A DNA stretch of 64,000 nucleotides from an uncultured Actinomycetes bacterium (lineage in GTDB: Bacteria; Actinomycetota; UBA4738; HRBIN12): contig CAVPIB010000001.1 in assembly GCA_963704885.1 (NCBI GenBank), positions 960,001-1,024,000 on the forward strand, written 5' to 3'. A program made the translations under genes and the position numbers. Shown here one piece after another: positions 1-8,542 of this stretch (position 1 is the first letter of the stretch; every line of letters begins with the position of its first letter). The notes under the pieces were generated by a model. The model searched no databases. It was not told the DNA's origin and was given only the letters and a program-made list of their open reading frames with translations.

Positions 1-799
1 TTGCCTCGAGTCGCTCGAGACCCGCCGGGGCGACCTCGCCCTCGACGTCTTGGTGATCGACAACGCTTCCCACGACGGCAGCCACGTGAGGGCGCTGGCT
101 GCCCACCCGTGGGCCCGGCTGATCGAGAACGACCGGAACGTCTATCTCTCGCCCGCCTGGAATCAGGGGATCAAGGCGACATCGGCGCCGTTCGTGCTGC
201 TCCTCAACCCGGACACCGAGTGGTGGAAGGGAACCCTGGCCGACTACGTCGAGGTCGCGCGCTCCCATCCGCGCGCCGGGATAGTGGGGCCGATGGTGCG
301 TAACACCGACGGGTCCATGTATCCGAGCGGACGGCCCTTCCCGAGCGTCGCGGACGCCGTGGGCCACGCGTTCCTCGGACCGATCTCACCGCGGAACCGG
401 TTCACGCGCCGATACCACCTGGATGGATGGGATCGCACTGCCGAACGCCGCGTCGACTGGGTCTCGGGCTGCTGCATGCTGATCCCGCGCGCGGCGTTCG
501 ACGACGTCGGGCTCTTCGACGAGTCCTTCCTGCTTTACGGCGAGGAGCTCGACTTCGCCTCACGGCTGCAGGACGCCGGATGGACCGTGCTCTTCACGCC
601 GGTAGTGGAGATCCTGCACGAGCTCGGCGTGTCGACGGGTCGCTCGCGCGGCATGACGATCAGGCACTCGCAGAGCGTATATCGCTACTACCGCAAGCAT
701 CGCGCGCGAGGATGGCGGAGACTAACTCTGCCGCTCGCGTGGATCACCCTCCGACTGCGCGCGGAGTTGGCTTGGCTGATGGGGAGGTCCGCGCGATGA
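1..799 (+). CDS. Glycosyltransferase family 2 (WbbL/rhamnosyltransferase-like), 5' truncated by the window edge
   Basis: Frame open from position 2 (CLESLETRRGDLALDVLVIDNAS); motifs DNAS, LLNPD, VDWVSGCCML, FDESFLLYGEELD; stop overlaps next ATG (ATGA). Confidence 0.85.
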   Translation, partial: CLESLETRRGDLALDVLVIDNASHDGSHVRALAAHPWARLIENDRNVYLSPAWNQGIKATSAPFVLLLNPDTEWWKGTLADYVEVARSHPRAGIVGPMVRNTDGSMYPSGRPFPSVADAVGHAFLGPISPRNRFTRRYHLDGWDRTAERRVDWVSGCCMLIPRAAFDDVGLFDESFLLYGEELDFASRLQDAGWTVLFTPVVEILHELGVSTGRSRGMTIRHSQSVYRYYRKHRARGWRRLTLPLAWITLRLRAELAWLMGRSAR

Positions 800-1818
800 A
801 GGCCGTCGTACTCGTCGGTGGTGAGGGAACGCGGCTCCGCCCGCTCACCGAGACCATGCCCAAGCCGCTCGTGCCGCTGATGGATCGACCGTCCCTCGAC
901 CACGTTTTGGATCACCTGGCCCGCCATGGCGTGCACGAGGTTGTGCTTTCGTCGCCGTACCTCGAGGAGACCTTCGAACCGTTCATCGATTCCCGCCATG
1001 GGGACCCTGCCATCACCTGGATCACGGAGGCGTCGCCACTCGGAACGGGCGGAGCGATCGTGAACGCGCTGGGTGCTCTCGGATCGGATGAGGCCTTCTT
1101 CGCGTTGAACGGCGACATCCTGACCGACCTGGACCTGTCGGCGATGCGCGCGTTCCACCTGGAGCGAGGCGCCGCCGTTACGATCGCCCTGCATCACGTG
1201 GAGGACACGCGGGCATTCGGTGTGGTCGCCACCCAGGACGATGGACGGGTCCTCGAGTTCCGCGAGAAGCCTCGGGAAGCCGCGTCCGGTGACATCAACG
1301 CGGGCACGTACCTGCTAGATCCGTCGGTGCTCGCGGGATGGACGAGGGGTGAGCAGATCTCCATCGAACGCGACGTCTTCCCGGAGGTGATCGGGTCAGG
1401 ACACCCCGTGTTCGGGTTCCGAAACCAGGCGTACTGGCTCGACCTTGGCACACCGGCCCAGTACCTGCAGGCACACTTCGATCTGTTCGAGGGCAAGGTT
1501 CAAGGCGTCACCTACCCGTCGCCGTGGGTTGAGCCGAGCGCCGGCTTGGACCTACAGGCTCACGTAGGACGGTGGGTCGCGATCGGCGCAGGCGTCGTGG
1601 TTGGCCCCGAGGCGCAGATCGACGACTCCGTCCTGCACGCGGGCGCGATCGTCGGCGCGGGGGCGCGCATCGTGGCATCGGTCCTGGGCCGCGGCGCGAG
1701 CGTTGGAGCCGAGGCGACGCTCATGGGTTGTGTGCTCGGCGAGGGTTCGACGGTGCCCGAGGGGTTCGCGCTCGACGGCGCGAGGGTGCCTGCCGGCACG
1801 ACGGCCGTCGCGGAGTGA
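796..1818 (+). CDS. NDP-sugar synthase / mannose-1-phosphate guanylyltransferase
   Basis: MKAVVLVGGEGTRLRPLT..PKPL signature, LGTGGA, NGD, C-terminal hexapeptide repeats; ATG 796 coupled to upstream stop. Confidence 0.88.
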   Translation: MKAVVLVGGEGTRLRPLTETMPKPLVPLMDRPSLDHVLDHLARHGVHEVVLSSPYLEETFEPFIDSRHGDPAITWITEASPLGTGGAIVNALGALGSDEAFFALNGDILTDLDLSAMRAFHLERGAAVTIALHHVEDTRAFGVVATQDDGRVLEFREKPREAASGDINAGTYLLDPSVLAGWTRGEQISIERDVFPEVIGSGHPVFGFRNQAYWLDLGTPAQYLQAHFDLFEGKVQGVTYPSPWVEPSAGLDLQAHVGRWVAIGAGVVVGPEAQIDDSVLHAGAIVGAGARIVASVLGRGASVGAEATLMGCVLGEGSTVPEGFALDGARVPAGTTAVAE

Positions 1819-1877
1819 ATAACCGGTCCGGCCGTGCCGATGTGTTACGGTGCCGGCTCCTACCGGGTACACATCCG

Positions 1878-3602
1878 ATGCGACGTATACGTTCTCTCGC
1901 AATCATCGTGGCCGTCTCGGCGGCCTTCCTCCCCGCAGGCTCCGCGTCTGCGGGCGGTTCGTTCACCCTCTACGGGTCCGGCTGGGGTCACGGGCTCGGG
2001 CTCTCGCAGTGGGGGGCGTACGGCCTGGCGAAACAGGGATGGAACGCGCGGCAGATCCTCACCCACTTCTACAGCGGCACCAAGGTGGAGGAGGCCCAGC
2101 AGCCGCCGAAGGAGATCCGAGTCGCGCTCGCGACGGGTGTGAAGCGGATCCATCTCAAGGCGACCGGTGGTCCTGCGCGCCTGTGGGCGAAGGCCCCGGG
2201 CGGCAAACCGATCGGGACGATCGCTGAGGGGACGACCTGGACGGTGAGGGCGGTCGCCGGCTCGTATCGGGTGCTCGACGCCGCCGGGGCCGTCGTGGGC
2301 GACGATGATTGGGGCTCGCCCACGACGAACCTCTACGTGACCTACGCGGACGATGACGCTCGCGTCACCTCACCGGAGGGCGGCGCCACCTACAACCGGG
2401 GCCATCTGGAGTTCAACCTCACCGGATGTCCCGACGGATGCTCGTTGCGGTTGATCGTGCAGGTTCCGTTCGAGGAGTACCTCTTCGGCATCGGCGAGGT
2501 CCCGAGCAGCTGGCCGAAGGAATCCTTGCGGGCTCAGGCGATCGCGGCACGGAGCTTCGCTCTCTACAAGATCCGCAAGTACGGCGTGCAGGAGTCGTGC
2601 AACTGTCACGTGTACGACGGTTCGAACGACCAGGTCTACGTCGGCTGGGACAAGGAGGGTGGCACCGACGGCCACCGCTGGCGCAAGGCGGCAACCTCCA
2701 CCGCGAACAAGATCGTGACGTACAAGGGCACGGTCGCGCTCACCGTGTTCACGGCCTCCGACGGAGGTCATACCGAGGATCTGAACGTGCAGTGGGGAAC
2801 CCCTTTGGCGTCGTATCCGTACCTGGCGGGCGTCTGCGATCCAGGAGAGAACACGTCGGCCAACCCGTGGACCTATTGGAGCCGTACCTTCTCGGCCGGC
2901 GCCCTTACCTCGGCGCTCTCGCCGTACACGGGCGATATCGGCACCGTGTCTGGGTTCGGCAAGGTCCGGCGCGGCGTCTCGGGCAGGATCGTTGACGCCG
3001 TGGTGCGCGGCGACTCCGGCGACGGCTCGGTCACCGGCAGCGAGCTCCGTTCGGCGCTCTCGCTCCCGGACGATCGCGTGTGGATAAACAGCGACCGGAA
3101 CGTGCTCGGCGCTATCCGGACGAAGTACGACTCCGTCATGTGCGAGCCGGGACTCCCAACGTCGACCACCAAGGCATTGCCCGGCGGGAGCCGTCAGGTG
3201 TTCGCCACCGGGGCCATCTACCGCAACGTCGACTCGGATGTGACCGTGTGGCTGAAGGGCCCCACCTACCACGAGTACCTGCAGGTGGGTGGAGCGCCCG
3301 GCACCCTGGGCCTGCCCATCGGGGACCCGGTGAACCTGGCCACCGTTCGAGGGCTCTCGTGCCCGAACGGCTGTTCCCGCGTCGATTTCGCCCACGGACG
3401 GGTTCTCTGGAAGTCGGGCATCGGGGCGCACGCCTTGTGGGGAGACGTGCTCCAGGCATACCTGGCTCGCGGCGGCGCCTCCGGCGTGCTGGGGTTCCCT
3501 ACGTCACGGGTTCGGCTGGATGACGACGGAGGAGCATCGGCGACGTTCGAGCACGGAACCATCTCGTGCTCCGGCGACACGTGTCACGCCAGGTCGAGCT
3601 GA
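1878..3602 (+). CDS. Secreted SpoIID/LytB-domain protein with C-terminal LGFP repeats
   Basis: Signal peptide; GWGHGLGLSQWGA, EEYLFGIGEVPSSWP, LRAQAIAARS; LGLP/LGFP repeats. Confidence 0.85.
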   Translation: MRRIRSLAIIVAVSAAFLPAGSASAGGSFTLYGSGWGHGLGLSQWGAYGLAKQGWNARQILTHFYSGTKVEEAQQPPKEIRVALATGVKRIHLKATGGPARLWAKAPGGKPIGTIAEGTTWTVRAVAGSYRVLDAAGAVVGDDDWGSPTTNLYVTYADDDARVTSPEGGATYNRGHLEFNLTGCPDGCSLRLIVQVPFEEYLFGIGEVPSSWPKESLRAQAIAARSFALYKIRKYGVQESCNCHVYDGSNDQVYVGWDKEGGTDGHRWRKAATSTANKIVTYKGTVALTVFTASDGGHTEDLNVQWGTPLASYPYLAGVCDPGENTSANPWTYWSRTFSAGALTSALSPYTGDIGTVSGFGKVRRGVSGRIVDAVVRGDSGDGSVTGSELRSALSLPDDRVWINSDRNVLGAIRTKYDSVMCEPGLPTSTTKALPGGSRQVFATGAIYRNVDSDVTVWLKGPTYHEYLQVGGAPGTLGLPIGDPVNLATVRGLSCPNGCSRVDFAHGRVLWKSGIGAHALWGDVLQAYLARGGASGVLGFPTSRVRLDDDGGASATFEHGTISCSGDTCHARSS

Positions 3603-3620
3603 TCACCTTCCGCCCTCAGG

Positions 3621-4394
3621 TCAGCAGCCCGGACCCAAGTTCCCTTCGGGGGCGTTGGACGTGCAGACGAATCCCTCGATGAACCCGCGAGCGATCGTAG
3701 TTGTCTGAGGACCCGACACGGCAGCCGGACAGGTCTGCAGCTTGTTCCACGCAGTGAGCGCCAGCGCGGCGCCATCGGGCAAACCCTCGTATGGCGCCAG
3801 GATCACGTTGTCCGTGGCGTTCGCGATCGTAGTGAGCCGGGCGACCTTCGCGGCGGAGAGCGCTCCGTCACCGGATCCGCGGTAGTACATGATCACAGCC
3901 CCGTGCTCCAGGTTATGGACGGCCTTCGTCTCGAGGAGCGGCGCGTCGTAGACGTGGGGAGGGATGGGCATGGGCGACGTGTCGTGGAAGCCTGATGTGG
4001 CCGGGTGTTGGTCGTACGTGTAGCTGGCGCCGGCTTCGAGGTGCTGGTTACCCGGGGCGCTTGACACCGGGGAGTCGATGGTGCTGCAAGCCGCAGCCTC
4101 TGCCGCCTGGATCGCAGCCTCGGGGATCTCACGCGGGCTCGCGGCCCGCTGAAAGAAGAACACGATCCCGATGGCCACCACCGTGACCCCCGCGAAGTAG
4201 ACGCCCCGCCGCAGGAGCGAGGCGCGCCTCGCTCGCTTGCGCTCGTACTCCCTCGCTCGGCGGGCCTGTTCCTTGCGTTCCCGTCGTTCGGTGCTCGCAC
4301 CCGACGCACGCTGAGCTGGGACAGTGGCGCCACGCTGACCAGCGCCGCTCGATCCCGCGGCGCGGCGCGGCCTCCGCTTCTTCCTGGTCGTCAT
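3621..4394 (-). CDS. DUF3105-domain membrane-anchored protein (paralogue 1)
   Basis: Basic N-terminus, one TM, PATSGFH and VHNLEHGAV motifs. Confidence 0.75.
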   Translation of the reverse strand: MTTRKKRRPRRAAGSSGAGQRGATVPAQRASGASTERRERKEQARRAREYERKRARRASLLRRGVYFAGVTVVAIGIVFFFQRAASPREIPEAAIQAAEAAACSTIDSPVSSAPGNQHLEAGASYTYDQHPATSGFHDTSPMPIPPHVYDAPLLETKAVHNLEHGAVIMYYRGSGDGALSAAKVARLTTIANATDNVILAPYEGLPDGAALALTAWNKLQTCPAAVSGPQTTTIARGFIEGFVCTSNAPEGNLGPGC

Positions 4395-4398
4395 AGCG

Positions 4399-5238
4399 CT
4401 ACATCGCCGCGCCCGGCTCGCGGGCGACGCCCTCGTAGGTCCTGCCGTCGTAGACGGGGAACTCGTACTGCGAGGTGAAATCGAAGGCAACGGCCAGATC
4501 GACGGCCGTGCAGGTCTGCAGCCGATGCCAGCTCACGAGGGCCATCTGCACGCCGGCGGGGAGCTGACCGGCCGCGCCCTCTTCCGGGTAGTCGTAGGGC
4601 GCCACGATCACTCGATCTTGACCCACGCTCGCGTCGGACGGCCGTTGACCGTAGAACGCCTTCAGGTCGGCTACCGCCTGGGGATCCGCGTCCGGGGAGT
4701 ACCAGACGACGACGCCGCCGTGCTCCATGGAATGGAGCGTCTGCAGGAGTGCCGGGGGTGACTCGTAGATCCCGTCGGGGAGCGGGTTAGCCTCGTGCGG
4801 ACCTGAGGCCGGGGGGATGGTCGCGTACGTGGAAAGGGCGGGAGCGGTCGTGAACTCACCGGTTGCGCCGATGTGCGTGTGGTCGATGTCGGGGTCGTCG
4901 CCTGGGACGTCGTTGTAGTTGGCGGTCGCCTGCACCGTGTCGCACCCGGCGGACGTCTGGGCGGCCGAGGCTTGCGCAAGCAACTCGTCCGCCGAGGGGA
5001 TCGATCCGCTGCCCGAACCCCCTGAGGACCCCGAGTTCGTCATGAACACGGCCACGACGGCGACCGCCACTGCGAGGACCACGAACACCAGGCCCACTCG
5101 GCGGTTCCGGCGGCGCCGTCCCATCGCCCGTTGGATCTCCTCGCGCTTTAGGCGTGCCTCCTCGCGGCGCTCGGCTTTGGTTGGGCGTCGATCTGGGTTG
5201 TCGCTCGGGCCCGATCCACCCCGGTTGGTTCCTGCCAC
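4399..5238 (-). CDS. DUF3105-domain membrane-anchored protein (paralogue 2)
   Basis: Basic N-terminus, one TM, PPASGPH and LHSMEHGGV motifs. Confidence 0.75.
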   Translation of the reverse strand: MAGTNRGGSGPSDNPDRRPTKAERREEARLKREEIQRAMGRRRRNRRVGLVFVVLAVAVAVVAVFMTNSGSSGGSGSGSIPSADELLAQASAAQTSAGCDTVQATANYNDVPGDDPDIDHTHIGATGEFTTAPALSTYATIPPASGPHEANPLPDGIYESPPALLQTLHSMEHGGVVVWYSPDADPQAVADLKAFYGQRPSDASVGQDRVIVAPYDYPEEGAAGQLPAGVQMALVSWHRLQTCTAVDLAVAFDFTSQYEFPVYDGRTYEGVAREPGAAM

Positions 5239-5293
5239 GTCTTGATACCTACCCTCGCTCGGCGGTGCGCAAGCTTACCGGCCCAAGCTCGCG

Positions 5294-5322
5294 TTGCGTC
5301 CTCGACCCTGGCTCCTTATGCT
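5294..5322 (+). promoter_or_regulatory. Putative sigma-70/SigA promoter of the NCS2 permease
   Basis: TTGCGT (5294-5299), 17 bp spacer, TATGCT (5317-5322). Confidence 0.5.
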
Positions 5323-5381
5323 CTTGCCGCCTTCCCCGCAGGTTCGTCGGCGCGCGCCGCCGGCGCGGAAAGGGGGAGGCG

Positions 5382-6797
5382 ATGGCCACCACCGACCAGG
5401 ACCGGCTGATCCACGTGGGCGAACCGGGGGACAGCGGCATAGATCGGTTCTTCCACATCACGGAGCGCGGTTCGACGCCGCGCGCGGAGATCGTGGCCGG
5501 GTTCGCCACCTGGCTGACCATGGCCTACATCCTGTTCGTGAACCCGGCCATCCTCGGCGCGGTCACGGACAGCGCGGGAACCACGCTCGCGTTCCCACAG
5601 GTGCTGACCGTCACGGCACTCGCCGCTGGTGTGATGACCCTCGCCATGGGCCTGTACGGGAAGTATCCGTTCGCGATCGCGGCGGGTCTGGGGCTGAACG
5701 CGTTCGTCGCGTTCACGCTGGTCGGGACGCTGGGGCTCACGTGGCCGCAGGCCATGGGTGTCATCGTGGCCGAGGGCGCCATCATCGCGATCCTGGTGCT
5801 CACCGGCTTCCGTGAGGCAGTGATGAACGCCATCCCCATGGACCTGAAACGGTCGATCGGGATCGGGATCGGACTGTTCCTGGCCATCATCGGCCTGGTC
5901 AACGGCGGAATCGTCGTCGACAGCCCCGCCACGCTGATCACCTTGAACCCCAACCTGTCGAACCTGCACGTGCTGACGTTCGTGGTGGGCCTGGCGATCA
6001 CGTCGGCCTTGGTCGCCCGGAAGATGAAGGGCGCGCTCCTGATCGGCATCCTCTCGACCACGGTCTTCGCGATCGTGCTGAACCAGGGCTTCGGCGACTC
6101 GGCGATCTGGCAGAACGGCATCGCAAAGATCCCCTCGAAGATCGTCGAGACCCCGGACTTCTCGCTGCTCGGCAACGTCAGCTTCAGCTTCTTCGACGTG
6201 CTGGGGCTGGCGACGACCGCGGCCGTCATCCTCGCCGTCATGTTGTCGGACTTCTTCGACACCATGGGAACGGTGGTCGGCCTGGCCGACGAGGCCGGGA
6301 TGCTGGACGACGAGGGCAAGCTCCCCGGGATGAAGCGGGTGCTGTTCGTGGACTCGGTCGGTGCGGTGGCCGGTGGGCTCAGTTCTTCCTCCTCCAACAC
6401 CACCTACATCGAAAGCGCCGCGGGCATCAGCGAGGGCGGCCGGACCGGTCTGACGTCGGTGGTGGTCGGTGCGCTCTTCCTGTTGGCGATCTTCTTCTCC
6501 CCGATCGCGGGAGTTATCCCTCCGGAGGCGACCGCTCCGGTGCTCGTCATCGTGGGGTACTTCATGATGCAGATGGTGGGCGAGATCAACTGGCGTGATC
6601 CCGCGATCGGCATCCCTGCGCTCCTCACGATCGTGATGATGCCGTTCACGTACTCCATCACGAACGGCGTCGGCGCCGGGTTCCTGGCCTACGTCGTGAT
6701 CAAGGTCCTGCAGGGCAAGTTCCGCGAGGTCCATCCGCTGCTCTACCTCGTGAGCGCGGTCTTCGCCTGGTACTTCTTCCACGGGTTGCTCGCTTAG
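5382..6797 (+). CDS. NCS2/AzgA family purine permease
   Basis: TWLTMAYILFVNP, GLGLNAF, DFFDTMGT, TTYIESAAGI..GGRTGLT; many TMs; SD GGGAGG. Confidence 0.9.
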   Translation: MATTDQDRLIHVGEPGDSGIDRFFHITERGSTPRAEIVAGFATWLTMAYILFVNPAILGAVTDSAGTTLAFPQVLTVTALAAGVMTLAMGLYGKYPFAIAAGLGLNAFVAFTLVGTLGLTWPQAMGVIVAEGAIIAILVLTGFREAVMNAIPMDLKRSIGIGIGLFLAIIGLVNGGIVVDSPATLITLNPNLSNLHVLTFVVGLAITSALVARKMKGALLIGILSTTVFAIVLNQGFGDSAIWQNGIAKIPSKIVETPDFSLLGNVSFSFFDVLGLATTAAVILAVMLSDFFDTMGTVVGLADEAGMLDDEGKLPGMKRVLFVDSVGAVAGGLSSSSSNTTYIESAAGISEGGRTGLTSVVVGALFLLAIFFSPIAGVIPPEATAPVLVIVGYFMMQMVGEINWRDPAIGIPALLTIVMMPFTYSITNGVGAGFLAYVVIKVLQGKFREVHPLLYLVSAVFAWYFFHGLLA

Positions 6798-6818
6798 GCA
6801 GGAGCCGAGGCAGGACCT

Positions 6819-6846
6819 GAGGGCGGGGCGCAGGCGCCCCGCCCTC
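6819..6846. terminator. GC-rich hairpin between convergent genes
   Basis: GAGGGCGGGGCG-cagg-CGCCCCGCCCTC, 12-bp stem. Confidence 0.6.
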
Positions 6847-6853
6847 GTTCGTG

Positions 6854-7567
6854 TCACGGCTCGATCGTGCCCGTTCGGAACAGATCCTCACCGGCGGAGC
6901 GGACCAGGTCGCGGGCTCGACCCGGAGGCGCTTCCCCTCGATCCACTCCCCGGAGCAAGGCGGCGGGAACGCCCGCGGACTTGCCCATAACCAAGCCGCT
7001 CGCCGCCGCGACCTCGTCCGCGAGCGCCACCACGGTCACCTCCAGCTCGCGCCCGAGCCGATCCACGTCACCGCGGAGATCCATGATCGCCGGCATCCCC
7101 GCGCACCCGATCGCCACGTTGACCAAGCCGTTGCGCCACGGCCGGCCGAACGTGTCCGTCACCACTACGCCGAGGCCCTTGACCCCCAGCCGAGCCTCGA
7201 GCGCGGAACGGATAGCCTCCGCGGAGGCGTCGGGATCTTCGGGCAGGAGCGACACGAACCCGTCCTCTACGTTCGAGGCGTCCACGCCGGCGTTGGCACA
7301 GATGAAGCCGTGCCGTGTCTCGGCGATCAAGAGGTCCCCGCGTCGCGCCACCACGCGGACGGTCTCGCGCTCGACCCACGCCGCCCGGCCGATGCCCTCG
7401 TCCGACACCACCCGGCCTTCGGCCTTCGATACGACCTTCTGGGTCACGGCCAGGACATCGCCCCTACGAGCGCCCAGCGTTCGCAACGGCTCGGCGAGCA
7501 TCGAAGCCAGGTCGTCCCCTGCGGCGATCTCGGGAAGGCCCTCGACGGGCCAGATCTGGATCGTCAC
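6854..7567 (-). CDS. cofE: Coenzyme F420-0:L-glutamate ligase
   Basis: [39 protein letters not shown]; GTGA overlap with cofD stop; no nitroreductase domain. Confidence 0.9.
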   Translation of the reverse strand: MTIQIWPVEGLPEIAAGDDLASMLAEPLRTLGARRGDVLAVTQKVVSKAEGRVVSDEGIGRAAWVERETVRVVARRGDLLIAETRHGFICANAGVDASNVEDGFVSLLPEDPDASAEAIRSALEARLGVKGLGVVVTDTFGRPWRNGLVNVAIGCAGMPAIMDLRGDVDRLGRELEVTVVALADEVAAASGLVMGKSAGVPAALLRGVDRGEAPPGRARDLVRSAGEDLFRTGTIEP

Positions 7568-8514
7568 GACGCCAGCTCGATGCACGCGCGGGCGACCGCG
7601 GCCGCCACGCTATCGTCGCGCATCACGGTGTCGACAGCCGCCACCCGGACTCCGACCTCGTCTCGGATCCTCCCTGCGAGTCCTCGATCGCGCTCGTCGA
7701 TCACCCAACCGCTCAACAGATCCGAGTAGGCCTTGGCGGCTCCGATCGACGAGACCTCCATACCGGCGACCGGCATCAGCTTGTCGGCCATCCCGGCGAG
7801 CGGCGCTCCGCCGACGATCGGGGAGACGCCCACGACGGGGCCCATCCGAGCTGCGACCGCTTGACGCAACCCCGGCAGAGCTAGGATCGGTCCGATCGAG
7901 ACCACTGGGTTCGACGGACAGATCAGGAGGACGTCGCTCCGGCTGATCGCATCCAGGATCCCGGGCGCCGGACGAGCTTGCTCGATGCCCACCAAACGGA
8001 CCGCCTTCACGTGATCGGCGGCGTGGCGCTTCACCCAGTACTCCTGGAAGTGGAGGTCCAGGGCCTCACCACGTCCGTCGACGGCATCGATGCGGGTGGT
8101 AACCGGGTCGTCGGTCATGGGACGGACATCGACCTCTAGGCCGAAGAGCTCCGAGCGGATCGACACGGTGGCTTGCGACAAGGTCCTGCCTTCCCGCAGG
8201 AGTCGGGTGCGGAGGATATGTGTAGCGAGGTCGCGGTCGCCCAGGTTGAACCACGCGTCCACCGCGCCCGTTGCGCGCATCGCCTCCATCGCGTGGAACG
8301 TTTCGCCGGCACGACCCCAGCCGCGCTCGCGGTCCATGAGGTCCGCCAACCAGTAGCAGACCGAGTCGACGTCCGGTGAGACGTGCAATCCGTGGACGAC
8401 GATGTCGTCGCCGGTGTTGACCACGACCATCGCCGTCTGGCCGGGGAACGCGAGCTGGACGCCACGGAGGAACTTCCCCGCCCCGATCCCACCAGCCAGC
8501 GCGACGATCTCCAT
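7564..8514 (-). CDS. cofD: 2-phospho-L-lactate transferase
   Basis: [48 protein letters not shown]. Confidence 0.92.
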   Translation of the reverse strand: MEIVALAGGIGAGKFLRGVQLAFPGQTAMVVVNTGDDIVVHGLHVSPDVDSVCYWLADLMDRERGWGRAGETFHAMEAMRATGAVDAWFNLGDRDLATHILRTRLLREGRTLSQATVSIRSELFGLEVDVRPMTDDPVTTRIDAVDGRGEALDLHFQEYWVKRHAADHVKAVRLVGIEQARPAPGILDAISRSDVLLICPSNPVVSIGPILALPGLRQAVAARMGPVVGVSPIVGGAPLAGMADKLMPVAGMEVSSIGAAKAYSDLLSGWVIDERDRGLAGRIRDEVGVRVAAVDTVMRDDSVAAAVARACIELAS

Positions 8515-8542
8515 GTCCCGATAGCGTAGTAGTCTCGCCGAG

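Noticed and set aside
1816-1843. Fourth sigma-28 promoter upstream of the SpoIID gene (GCCGATGT)
   Set aside because: The -35 is poor (GAAT at 15 bp, TGAA at 16 bp). Possible but not supportable.
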